51,462 nt of DNA, from NCBI GenBank assembly GCA_950072105.1, contig CATMOE010000022.1, forward strand, positions 1 to 51,462, read 5' to 3'. Position 1 is the first letter of the stretch, and each line of letters begins with the position of its first letter. This DNA comes from an uncultured Dehalococcoidia bacterium (GTDB lineage Bacteria; Chloroflexota; Dehalococcoidia; Lucifugimonadales; UBA3495). The notes beneath the pieces are model-generated. The model made no database searches. It had not been told where the DNA came from and worked only from the letters and a program-made list of their open reading frames with translations. Positions 40,230 through 48,937 of the stretch are shown in pieces. The position numbers were made by a program, and so were the translations under genes.

Positions 40230-40371
40230 AAGAGAAGCTGGACCTCCATAAACATGTCCAAGATATGCCCATGAAGGTCTACCACTCATACGGACCAAGT
40301 TGTCCGGGTTGTCTTGTGCGGCCAGCTTGAGTTTTAACCAACCTGATGTTTTTCAATAAGGATTGCTCTCC

Positions 40372-40940
40372 CTACTCTCTCGCCCTCAAGGTCAAATGGT
40401 ACATGGGGTGGAGACTATCCATCTGATCACCACGTGGTCTCCCTGAAAGAATGTAAAGGTTGCCTGCAAGGTCTTGCCCGAAGGACGAGATATTGAGTTC
40501 CGTGTCAATTAGGAACTGGTGGTACGGGTCAGAATAGCCATCGTACCAAACGGCATATATCGCCCCGGTGCAAAAATCAGCATACACGTATGGGCCTACC
40601 AGAGGTGGGATGCCACGTCCTTGGAAGGCATACCCTCTAATGATTGCGCAATATTGAGGGCCCTCCTCGTCGAGCTCAACCAAGGGCGTTTCCAAGCTGT
40701 CTACGTCGCAGCCGTTCGGCTCGTAACAAATTGTGCCTTCCATGATGTTCCAACCATAGTTGCGGCCTATTTGGATCAGATTGATCTCTTCCTGCTGGCT
40801 GCTGCCTAAGCCGCCTAACCATAGTCCGGTCTCACGATCGAACGAGAATCTCCAGGGATTGCGAAACCCATAAGGCCAAATTTCCGGGCTGGCCCCGGGA
40901 AGCCCCACGAATGGGTTATCCTCCGCCAGCCGTTCCTCCG
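40372..40940 (-). pseudogene. C-terminal fragment of a PQQ-dependent (glucose/sorbosone) sugar dehydrogenase
   Basis: DNPFVG...EIW.YGFRNPWRFSFD, EEINLI..G.NYGW, ISSFGQD; N-terminal half absent. Confidence 0.8.
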
Positions 40941-40988
40941 GACAAGTCAAATGAAGTAACGAGCCCCGCAAAGTGGATCTATGTTTGC

Positions 40989-41125
40989 GGTGGCTATCGC
41001 GTGGCAACCCGTCCAAGAATCTGCTCCCGGGAATTCACCACAAAATCTACATCGCGTTTGCTCAGAGCCCGATCTACCATTCCAACATCGGGGGCTATTT
41101 GCCCCCGATTATTAGCTGGCCTTAA
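40989..41125 (+). pseudogene. Remnant 3' end of a paralog of the 38160-40229 gene
   Basis: Diverged copy of 40092-40229 ending ...IGGYLPPIISWP*; contains a 1-nt deletion. Confidence 0.85.
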
Positions 41126-41142
41126 GGGCGGACCAGTGGCGG

Positions 41143-41463
41143 TTAGGACTCTTTGGGAACGTATTGCAGAGGCATGGCGCCCAGCTCGAACCTGGGATCA
41201 TATTCCATGTGGGAGCGGATACGTTCCAGATAGTTGTCCCGGTTGACCCCGAACATTTCGTAGCGCCCAAGGTGGTTCAGAAAGAAGGTGTGGACGCCCA
41301 TCTGGTAAAGGGTACCCACGTCTCCCAGGATCAAAGCCTCTATCTCGTCGCCGGTCAATGGAAAGCTCTTGACCGTGCCCTCAGGGTCCTCTTTGATGCG
41401 CTTGCGGAAGTCGGCGTCGTTATCCAACAGGTAGAGAATCTTGTTCAGCAGATAAACGCTCAT
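41143..41463 (-). CDS. LigA-like small subunit of an extradiol ring-cleavage dioxygenase
   Basis: FRKRIKEDPE...LTGDEIEALILGDVGTLYQMGVH; ATG overlaps the stop of the ligB-like gene. Confidence 0.8.
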   Translation of the reverse strand: MSVYLLNKILYLLDNDADFRKRIKEDPEGTVKSFPLTGDEIEALILGDVGTLYQMGVHTFFLNHLGRYEMFGVNRDNYLERIRSHMEYDPRFELGAMPLQYVPKES

Positions 41464-42275
41464 TTTCGTCCCCCCTCCAGGTCCCACACCGCGTAACCGC
41501 TGCCTCCGTCGTTCTCCACGAAGAGCGGTTTGGTATCGCCCACCGCTCCGGTGAGGCCGATCCAGTTAAGCAATTCGGTGCTGTTGTTCCCGGCATCGGC
41601 CATGCGCTGTGCCGTGGCTCGCCGGGCCAGGGTTTCGTACTTGCCGTTTTCTAGCAGATCGGTCACCGTCCCCACCCAGTTGTCGTCGGTCCACCCTCTA
41701 AGCGGACCGCCAACATCCATGGCGAAGCACCCGCTGGCCAGAATGGCTACGCGCTGATCTCCCTCCCATTGCTCAACGAACTTTCGGACCATGCGCCCCA
41801 GGGAAAAAGTCCGCCGGGCCGTGGGTGTAGGAGCCGCGAAGCCGTTGACGTATAGAGGGATAACCGGGATCTCCATGTTAGGGTTCAGGAAGTGCAGGGG
41901 AACCATCATAGAATGGTCCAGGCGCAGTTCCTCGGCGGCAGCCAAGTCGAAGTTGGACTTTAGCCCGTAACCTAACAGCCCTTTACCCATCTTGACGTCG
42001 CCTTTAACCACGTAGTGGGGCATGGGGACCCATATCTCCTCAGGCCCCTCGGATTCCTCGGCTATACCTACACAAAAGGCCGGAACGTTGGCGTAGAAAA
42101 AATTGACGAAGTGGTCTGAGTCTAGTTCGATTATGACGTCGGGAGCCGCCGCCTCAAAATATCCGGCTACCTGCTTAAACAGGGCTTCTCCCCGCAATTG
42201 CCCTGGAGCATCTTGCATCTCCCGAACCAATCTTGGCGGGTGCGGGACACCGGCTGCTAGAACTAGTTTGGCCAT
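41460..42275 (-). CDS. LigB-like (type II extradiol) dioxygenase large subunit
   Basis: VPHPP, SDHFVNFF, LDHSM.VPL, ELLNW. Confidence 0.85.
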   Translation of the reverse strand: MAKLVLAAGVPHPPRLVREMQDAPGQLRGEALFKQVAGYFEAAAPDVIIELDSDHFVNFFYANVPAFCVGIAEESEGPEEIWVPMPHYVVKGDVKMGKGLLGYGLKSNFDLAAAEELRLDHSMMVPLHFLNPNMEIPVIPLYVNGFAAPTPTARRTFSLGRMVRKFVEQWEGDQRVAILASGCFAMDVGGPLRGWTDDNWVGTVTDLLENGKYETLARRATAQRMADAGNNSTELLNWIGLTGAVGDTKPLFVENDGGSGYAVWDLEGGRK

Positions 42276-42590
42276 GCTCCCCCCTTACTTGAGAAACCGG
42301 TCAATCTTCGCGGCGAGCGCTAATTTCAAAGTGGTCCAAATGGCGCTCTACTTGTCTCTGGAATCGGCCTCTGACCATATGGGGCATATTACGTCGGAGT
42401 AGGACTAATGTCTACCGGCAGGTTTGGGTGGAGTGGGAACGATCCAACAGCATCACCCTTCGAAGTAGCCATTTTTTCATCCTGTAATCACTACTTTGAG
42501 TGATTCCTAGTTAAGTCTAGGCGGTTAAGGTAACCACGGGGTTCCCTGATTGCCGACCTGACCCGGCAGCAGGTCCCAAGGATTGATCAC

Positions 42591-44519
42591 ATGCGACGAC
42601 AAACAGGTTTTACCTTAGTCGAGCTATTGGCCGTGATGGCCATCATAGGCATCTTGGCTGGAATCACCGCCGGTGCTGTTACCGGTCTGGGTGGACAAGG
42701 TATAAACGCACAGATCGCCAGCGACACAAACGCGATCGAAACTGCCGCCGACCGTTTCTTGAACGACACATTTCCCGAAACGTTTCCGGTGGAGGCTCTA
42801 GCCAGCGGAGAAGAGGATCTGGGCGTAAGAACCATCGACTTCGATGCGGCGTTGCCTCAGGATCCAACGAAGACGTTTGTTCCCGACTTTCTTAAGAAAA
42901 TCCCCGACTCTGCGGCCCTGGTGAGCTACCGAATCGACACCGTGACAGGAAGAGTATTCACTGCGGATGACGGAGCGGCACTAGTTCCTCCTCCGGACAG
43001 CCGGTTAGACGCCTCGTTCAGCGATCTGTCGCCTTCCGGCAATCCGGTGGTGACGTTTGAGTTGAACATGGGCAAAAATAGGGCTGCCGTGGAGGAGCTT
43101 CGAATCCAGGGACCGGGAGGCTTTGTCCTCGGCGGTAGGGCCCTTCCAGCAGGAAGTAAGGTTGGCAAACTAGAGATTACATTTGGCAACGACAACCCCT
43201 GGAGGTCCGGCCACGAGATCAGTGTTGACACCGATCTCATCGCCACTGGTAGGGCTCATGAATGGGAAATGACAGTGGACTATACCTCCGCCACCAGCGA
43301 CTCCGACAACAGTAGTGTTACGGGTGTGAGGGAAGGCGTCGGAACCCTTACCCATAGTTTTACCATTTCGGCATCCGGAGATCTTGGAGTCCCCGGAAAG
43401 ATCTTCCTGGTGATGGACCGAACCGGTCTCACAAAATTTCAGAATGAAGCAACTGAGACTTGGGTTTTGACCATCTTTGACAAGGCTCAAGACTCCGCCG
43501 GAGTAGTCATAGTCCCAGAGGAGAGATTAATCACCAACCCATCGGTCAGCAAGGTCTACCGGTGGCTTACCGAAGAGCATTCGACGGTCCAAGTCGAAGA
43601 TATTTTCGTGCCCGTGGCCGGACGGCTATCGATTGTGATCAAGGTCGTGGTGTCTCCCACGGCAACCCCGTCTCCGTCGCCCACACCGGCGCCTACGCCC
43701 ACAGCAACCCCGCCACCGACGCCTACACCAGCGCCCTTGACTCTAGTGCAGACTATCGACGGCACCCAGGGCGGCGGGATCGCCTTTCTAAATGTTGTTG
43801 ACGTGGCGGTTGACGCGGGTAACAACATTCGGGTGATTGAAACAGATATAGTCACATTTGACGGCCGGCTTAGATCGTTCGATACAAACGGCGATCCGAT
43901 CTCGCCTACAGTTACGTTAGACCAACCCAAGTCGGTCGCGATCGATTCCTCTGGTAAAAGCGTCGTCGTCGAGGGTTTCACTTTTACGATCGCAACCCGT
44001 AATCTCGACGGTGCATTGGATTCCTCGTTCCCGACTACCGGGAATTCTTTGAGCGTGGCCGTGGGCCAGGACGGTAACTACCTTGTGGGCCAAAGCCCCG
44101 TGCGAGTCCGCCAATTCTCACCACCAGCAGGCACTTTGCTTCAGACCATTGGAGCGTCGGATTTTACCGGCTCCTCGGTTGATGCAGTCGCGGTGGACCC
44201 CACCACCGGACGGTTCTACGCAGCCGATTCAACAGGCGGCGCAGATCGGGTTCTCCTTTTCAACGCCAATGGGACGTTCAATTCGGTCTTCGTCACGGGA
44301 ATCCCTCAGCCTTTGGGCCTGGCGGTTGATGCTAGCGGCAACGTTTACGTGTCACAAACGATTACCGGCCCACGGATCCGTATTTTCCAGCCTAATAAGT
44401 TTGAATTAGATTCCATCGTCACAGACATTAGTAACCCCAGGGGTATTGCGATCGATAACGATGGCCGCATCATCGTGGCCGACGGGCCGGTTGTGAAGAT
44501 TTTCTCAAAACTGCCGTAG
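42591..44519 (+). CDS. Type IV pilin-like (class III signal) protein with C-terminal NHL beta-propeller
   Basis: MRRQTG|FTLVELLAVMAIIGILAG, Pro-Thr linker, PLGLAVD/PRGIAID repeats. Confidence 0.85.
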   Translation: MRRQTGFTLVELLAVMAIIGILAGITAGAVTGLGGQGINAQIASDTNAIETAADRFLNDTFPETFPVEALASGEEDLGVRTIDFDAALPQDPTKTFVPDFLKKIPDSAALVSYRIDTVTGRVFTADDGAALVPPPDSRLDASFSDLSPSGNPVVTFELNMGKNRAAVEELRIQGPGGFVLGGRALPAGSKVGKLEITFGNDNPWRSGHEISVDTDLIATGRAHEWEMTVDYTSATSDSDNSSVTGVREGVGTLTHSFTISASGDLGVPGKIFLVMDRTGLTKFQNEATETWVLTIFDKAQDSAGVVIVPEERLITNPSVSKVYRWLTEEHSTVQVEDIFVPVAGRLSIVIKVVVSPTATPSPSPTPAPTPTATPPPTPTPAPLTLVQTIDGTQGGGIAFLNVVDVAVDAGNNIRVIETDIVTFDGRLRSFDTNGDPISPTVTLDQPKSVAIDSSGKSVVVEGFTFTIATRNLDGALDSSFPTTGNSLSVAVGQDGNYLVGQSPVRVRQFSPPAGTLLQTIGASDFTGSSVDAVAVDPTTGRFYAADSTGGADRVLLFNANGTFNSVFVTGIPQPLGLAVDASGNVYVSQTITGPRIRIFQPNKFELDSIVTDISNPRGIAIDNDGRIIVADGPVVKIFSKLP

Positions 44520-44706
44520 CGAGGACCTTGGTCTGGAAGTACGATACGCACGGCAGCGAAGATTGGACACGCCCGTATATTAGAATGTCAACGTTGGCTT
44601 CCCGAAATCGAGTCTAAGCAGACGAGGCTGCCGGTAGCCGATCAACGTGGCTTTAATCGTACCGGCTAGATCAAGTCCCGCATCTCGATCCTGTTAGCAA
44701 TGGCGT

Positions 44707-44744
44707 CACCCCTCTCCCAGTGGGAGAGGGGCCAGGGTTGAGGG
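44707..44744. repeat. REP-like palindrome
   Basis: CCCCTCTCCC-AGT-GGGAGAGGGG-CCAGGGTTGAGGG. Confidence 0.65.
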
Positions 44745-44757
44745 CTACCCTCCCCAA

Positions 44758-45057
44758 CTATAGTCCCAATCTCCAGGCATACAGGACCGCGGAGACAGCT
44801 GTGGCTAAGTTTGTGCTGGAAACTCCGGGAGCTATGGGAATGGAGACACAGTGGGCGGCTCTGGCCATTAAATTCCGGCTGAGCCCTTCCCGGTCCGCGC
44901 CGAAAGCAAGCATGGCATCGGATGGTAACAACCCCTGCCGCAACGGCTCACCGCCGGGGGCGATAACCACCAAAGGCCGGCGACAAGCAGGGAGGGAATC
45001 GATCCAGGCTACCGGTATCGCGTACGGCAACCCCGTTGCGGCGATGACTGCTGCCGG
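44758..45057 (-). pseudogene. C-terminal fragment of a TrmH/SpoU-family RNA methyltransferase
   Basis: PAAVIAATGL...LAFGADREGLS...SIPIAPGVSSTNLATAVSAVLY; in-frame stop upstream and no N-terminal half. Confidence 0.75.
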
Positions 45058-45254
45058 TTATATTGGCCGGCTTCCTGCACTGTTTGGTCAAGCAGCATTT
45101 CGATGCGTTTTCGCCCACGCTCGCCGGTCAAGATGGAGGAGTGTCACGCGGTTTGTTGTCCTCTGGGTCGGTTGATGCAGTGCGGCGGGATCAACTGGTA
45201 CGATGCATTTAGATAACTGAACGCAGGTCTGGGACCAACAGAAAGGAGAAAGCC

Positions 45255-46361
45255 ATGCCTTGGGAATGTGCGGCCTACAAGTTCATGATGGCGTCCCCGG
45301 AAGACGTAAGCGGCCTGGAATCCCTGATCGAACAGGGCGATCTCGCTGCGGATGAAGTCTTGTGCATCATTGCCAAGACCGAAGGAAACGGGCGTGTGAA
45401 CGACTTCTCGCGCCCCCTGGCGCACCGAGCCTTCCGAGATTGCCTGGCGGCGCATACCGGTTGGACCGGAGCGCAAGTTGATGACCGGGTCATGTTCTGC
45501 ATGTCCGGTGGTTGCGAAGGTGTAATCACTCCACACGCCACCGTGTTCACGCGCCGTCAAGCTAATGCCATAAGTGGCAAAGGTGAACCCAGGTTGACTC
45601 TGGGTATCAGCTTTACTCGTGACCTGCTGCCAGAGGAATTGGGAACCGTCGTGCAGGTCGAACTGGTAAGCGAAGCGGTTCGTTCCGCTCTGGCAAACGC
45701 AGAGATCACCAACGTTGACGACGTTCATTACGTGCAGGTCAAGTGCCCGCTTCTGACCAGCGACCGCATCGCTGAAGCCCGCGCCCGCAACGAGCGGACC
45801 GTGACGGAAGACACATTACGTTCCATGGGGTATTCCAACGGCTCCTCCGCCCTGGGAATCGCGCTGGGCCTTGGTGAGCTGTCCGGGCCGATCGACCCGG
45901 CGTCCATCTGTACCGATCCTGATCTATACACCAACCTCGGCGGATCCTCGTCCGGCATCGAACTCATGCGATGCCAGGTTTTAGTTGTCGGCAACGTCGA
46001 AGGCGCGGCAAGTGTCTACGTGAGCGGGCACCATATACTGACCGACTTGATCGACGCGGATGGTGTGCGTGCCGCCTTGCGTAGCGTGGGCGTTACTGTC
46101 GAGGGCACGGTGTCGGACGCCCAACGTGATCGTATAGTCAATGTGTTTGGCAAGGGTCAAGTATCGCTCGATGGCCGGGTGCGCGGGCACAGGAGCACTC
46201 TTCTTACAGATTCGGACCTCAACACGCGGCCAGCTCGTGCCGTGCTGGGTGCCGTGATAGCTTCCGTCGTCGGAGACCCAGCCATTTATGCTTCAGCTGG
46301 TTGGGGATACCATCAAGGACCGGCCGGCGGCGGCATGGTGGCGGTAATAGCCAAAGTGTAG
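45255..46361 (+). CDS. Cyanuric acid hydrolase/barbiturase (AtzD/Toblerone-fold) family ring-opening amidohydrolase
   Basis: AKTEGNG.VNDFSR, MSGG.EG, HYVQVKCPLLT, SSSGIE, HQGP.GGG; AAGGAG RBS. Confidence 0.92.
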   Translation: MPWECAAYKFMMASPEDVSGLESLIEQGDLAADEVLCIIAKTEGNGRVNDFSRPLAHRAFRDCLAAHTGWTGAQVDDRVMFCMSGGCEGVITPHATVFTRRQANAISGKGEPRLTLGISFTRDLLPEELGTVVQVELVSEAVRSALANAEITNVDDVHYVQVKCPLLTSDRIAEARARNERTVTEDTLRSMGYSNGSSALGIALGLGELSGPIDPASICTDPDLYTNLGGSSSGIELMRCQVLVVGNVEGAASVYVSGHHILTDLIDADGVRAALRSVGVTVEGTVSDAQRDRIVNVFGKGQVSLDGRVRGHRSTLLTDSDLNTRPARAVLGAVIASVVGDPAIYASAGWGYHQGPAGGGMVAVIAKV

Positions 46362-46363
46362 AG

Positions 46364-46418
46364 GCCCACCGGGATCTAGGCCGGCGAGTGGATCATTGTG
46401 GAAGGTTCTAGCCACAGC
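46364..46418 (+). repeat. 55-bp direct repeat, copy 1
   Basis: Core GAGTGGATCATTGTG identical in 3 copies; fills the gap between two convergent genes. Confidence 0.85.
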
Positions 46419-47162
46419 TTAGCGGATTGTTCCAGCTATCTTTAGCAAAATGTCCGCCACCTCCCTGGGTTTGGTTATCATCGGGTCGTGGCCGGTATCC
46501 AATTGATACAAGCCCCAGCCCGATTGCCGGACGCGCTTGGCGATCGGGTCAAACCCCGATTCGCTGGACAGAATGAAAGACCGGGATATTTCTTGCGCTT
46601 CGAAACTACCCAACCTCAGCGGTTGGGCAAAGGCGGCGACCGACTGAGGGCATAGGCGGGGCAATACCCAGGATTGGTCCTCCGGATCGGCGATGCCCCA
46701 CCGCCGGCGGATCTCCTCGACGGTGGTGGGCGGGGGCAGGAATTCCTCGCGGTTGTTGATGGCCGCTCGGACCTGGGCGGTGAATTCAGGGCCTCGCACG
46801 GCATCAAGCTGGTCAACCATAGACTCACCGTCCCGGGGCACCACGCCGTTCACGTAAACCAGGTGCTCCAGCAATTGAGGACAGACCTCTGCCACGCCGG
46901 AAATGACCATTCCTGCGTAGGCGTGGCCCACCAAAATCACCCTCTCCAATCCCTCGCTTTCCAGAAGCTCCGTAACGTCTTTAATGTGAAGGTCCAGGTT
47001 AATGACCGCGGGGTCTATGTATCGGGCGAGGTGAGAACGCTCGCCCATGCCCGTAAGGCTGAGAGCGTAGACTGAGCTGCCGTATCGTCGCAAAAGAGGT
47101 TCCACCTTCCACCAACACCAGCCGCCGTGCCAAGCCCCGTGCACCAAAACGAAAGTTGCCAT
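46419..47162 (-). CDS. Alpha/beta hydrolase (esterase-like)
   Basis: VLVHGAWHGGWCW, GHAYAG, TGHDPM. Confidence 0.88.
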   Translation of the reverse strand: MATFVLVHGAWHGGWCWWKVEPLLRRYGSSVYALSLTGMGERSHLARYIDPAVINLDLHIKDVTELLESEGLERVILVGHAYAGMVISGVAEVCPQLLEHLVYVNGVVPRDGESMVDQLDAVRGPEFTAQVRAAINNREEFLPPPTTVEEIRRRWGIADPEDQSWVLPRLCPQSVAAFAQPLRLGSFEAQEISRSFILSSESGFDPIAKRVRQSGWGLYQLDTGHDPMITKPREVADILLKIAGTIR

Positions 47163-47249
47163 TAAAAGTCCTTGTTAGCTCAAAATTCCCAAGCATAGAC
47201 AGATTGGATATTGGGAGAGCGCGCAATGGGGAACGCGACGCCGCAGAAC

Positions 47250-48599
47250 CTATGACGGGGGATTGAAGAAGCCTAAGTTTTCACGAAGAGTACCGGGAAT
47301 GTAATCCTTGCGGAACAGTCCTCGGTGTTGCAATTCGGGGACCACCCCCTGGACAAAATCGACATAGGCTCCCGGCATGTGGGTGGCGGCAATCACAAAA
47401 CCATCACAAGACTCGCTCAGGTACCAACTCTCCATCTGGTCTACTATCTGCTCGGGAGTGCCGGCGAACACAGGAAGTTCGCTTAGAGTACCCCTGCCGG
47501 AATAACGTATAAAATCATCTACACTAGGGTTCTTGGTGCCGCTCAGTTCCACCACGCGGTCTAGGAATCCTCTTAGGCCTGTCATGGACTCTAGTGTTTC
47601 GTCAGACAGCGGCTCATCTGTGGGGTGATGGGCGAAATCATAGTTAAAAACTTCAGATAAAAGTACCAAAGAATCGGTCTGGTTGGCCAAACTATCTATG
47701 AAAGCCAACTTTTCCTGCGCTATCTCTTCAGTCTCACCCACCACGACGTAGACCGCTGGCGCCACCTTAAGAGAGTCCGGGTCGCGGCCTGACGCTTCCC
47801 TTCGTCGACGCAAGTCTTCCCTGTAGGCCCTGCAACCATCGGCTGTAGGGTAGATGACAAAGAGAAGTTCCCCCCAACGGGCTGCAAACCGTCTACCTCT
47901 ATCGCTTTGGCCAGCTTGGATAATCACTGGATGGCCTTGAGGCGTCTGTGGGACCGTAAAAGCGCCCTGCTACTGAAAATAGAGACCCGAATGGTCGACT
48001 CTATGCACCTTGGTTGAATCAGCGAATCTTCCGGTTTCTCTGTCTGCCACCATAGCTTCGGGTTCCCATGAGTCCCAAAGCTTGCATACCACGCTCATGA
48101 ATTCATCTGCAACGTCGTATCTGGTGTCGTGAGGCAGATGCTCAGAAACCCCGAAATTCTGGGCCTCTGAATCGTTCAAAGAAGTCACCACGTTCCAAAC
48201 TGCTCTACCTTTGGTGAAGTGATCTATGGACGCGAAAAGCCGGGCTACATGAAAAGGGGAGTAGTAGGTTGTTGAATACGTCGCACCTAAGCCTAGGTGG
48301 CTTGTAGCCAGGCCCATTGCGGTGATTATCGGCACCAAGTCTAGTTTGACAGTGCGAATCCCATGTTCGACAGCGGTCTCATGGGTGTTCCCAAACCGGC
48401 TGGGCATGGCCAACCGGTCATCGAGAAAAGCTAGGTGGAACTTCCCCTCTTCCAAGATAGTGGCGATATTTTGGTAGAAAGCCAGATCCAGGAAGTTGGA
48501 CTCGGTTTCTGGGTGCCGCCAAGACCCGGTGTAATTTGAACAATTGGATGCCTGGAGAAAAGCTACCAAGATCATCTCTTTGTTGTCGTGGCTGGCCAT
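47250..48599 (-). pseudogene. NtaA/DmoA-family flavin-dependent (luciferase-like) monooxygenase with one in-frame TAG
   Basis: ...HRVDHSGLYFQ-TAG(47970-47972)-QGAFTVPQTPQGHPVIIQAG...; the two track ORFs share a frame. Confidence 0.85.
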
Positions 48600-48753
48600 A
48601 TCAGTCAGTAAATGCGAGAGGTCCCTAAATGAGTAAAGACTTAGGTTTAGTCTATCTTGGTGCCAAATATAGTATCACCACATCAGGAGTAAAATCGACG
48701 GCCACTAAGAGGACTTGGCATTGTGTCATTTTCGTCGGATCATCGCGTACAAC

Positions 48754-48808
48754 GCCCGCCATAAATCAGGCCAGTGAGTGGATCATTGTGTAGAGTATTG
48801 GTCACCGC
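48754..48808 (+). repeat. 55-bp direct repeat, copy 2
   Basis: GCCCGCCATAAATCAGGCCAGTGAGTGGATCATTGTGTAG... Confidence 0.85.
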
Positions 48809-48937
48809 ACGCCCCGGAGCCTAGTCTCCTGAACGGTTATCCCTGCTCCTTGTGGATGCACGGTCTTCACGGTAAACCGCCACTCGGACAAGAATCCCGC
48901 CCAAGGGACTTCAACTGGGAGGAGGGGCAGCATCGCC

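Noticed and set aside
40092..41125. Diversity-generating retroelement VR/TR pair
   Set aside because: Differences are not adenine-specific, many are synonymous, and no reverse transcriptase is present
43655..43736. Short tandem-like repeats in the pilin gene (also 38230-38300)
   Set aside because: They simply encode Pro-Thr linkers
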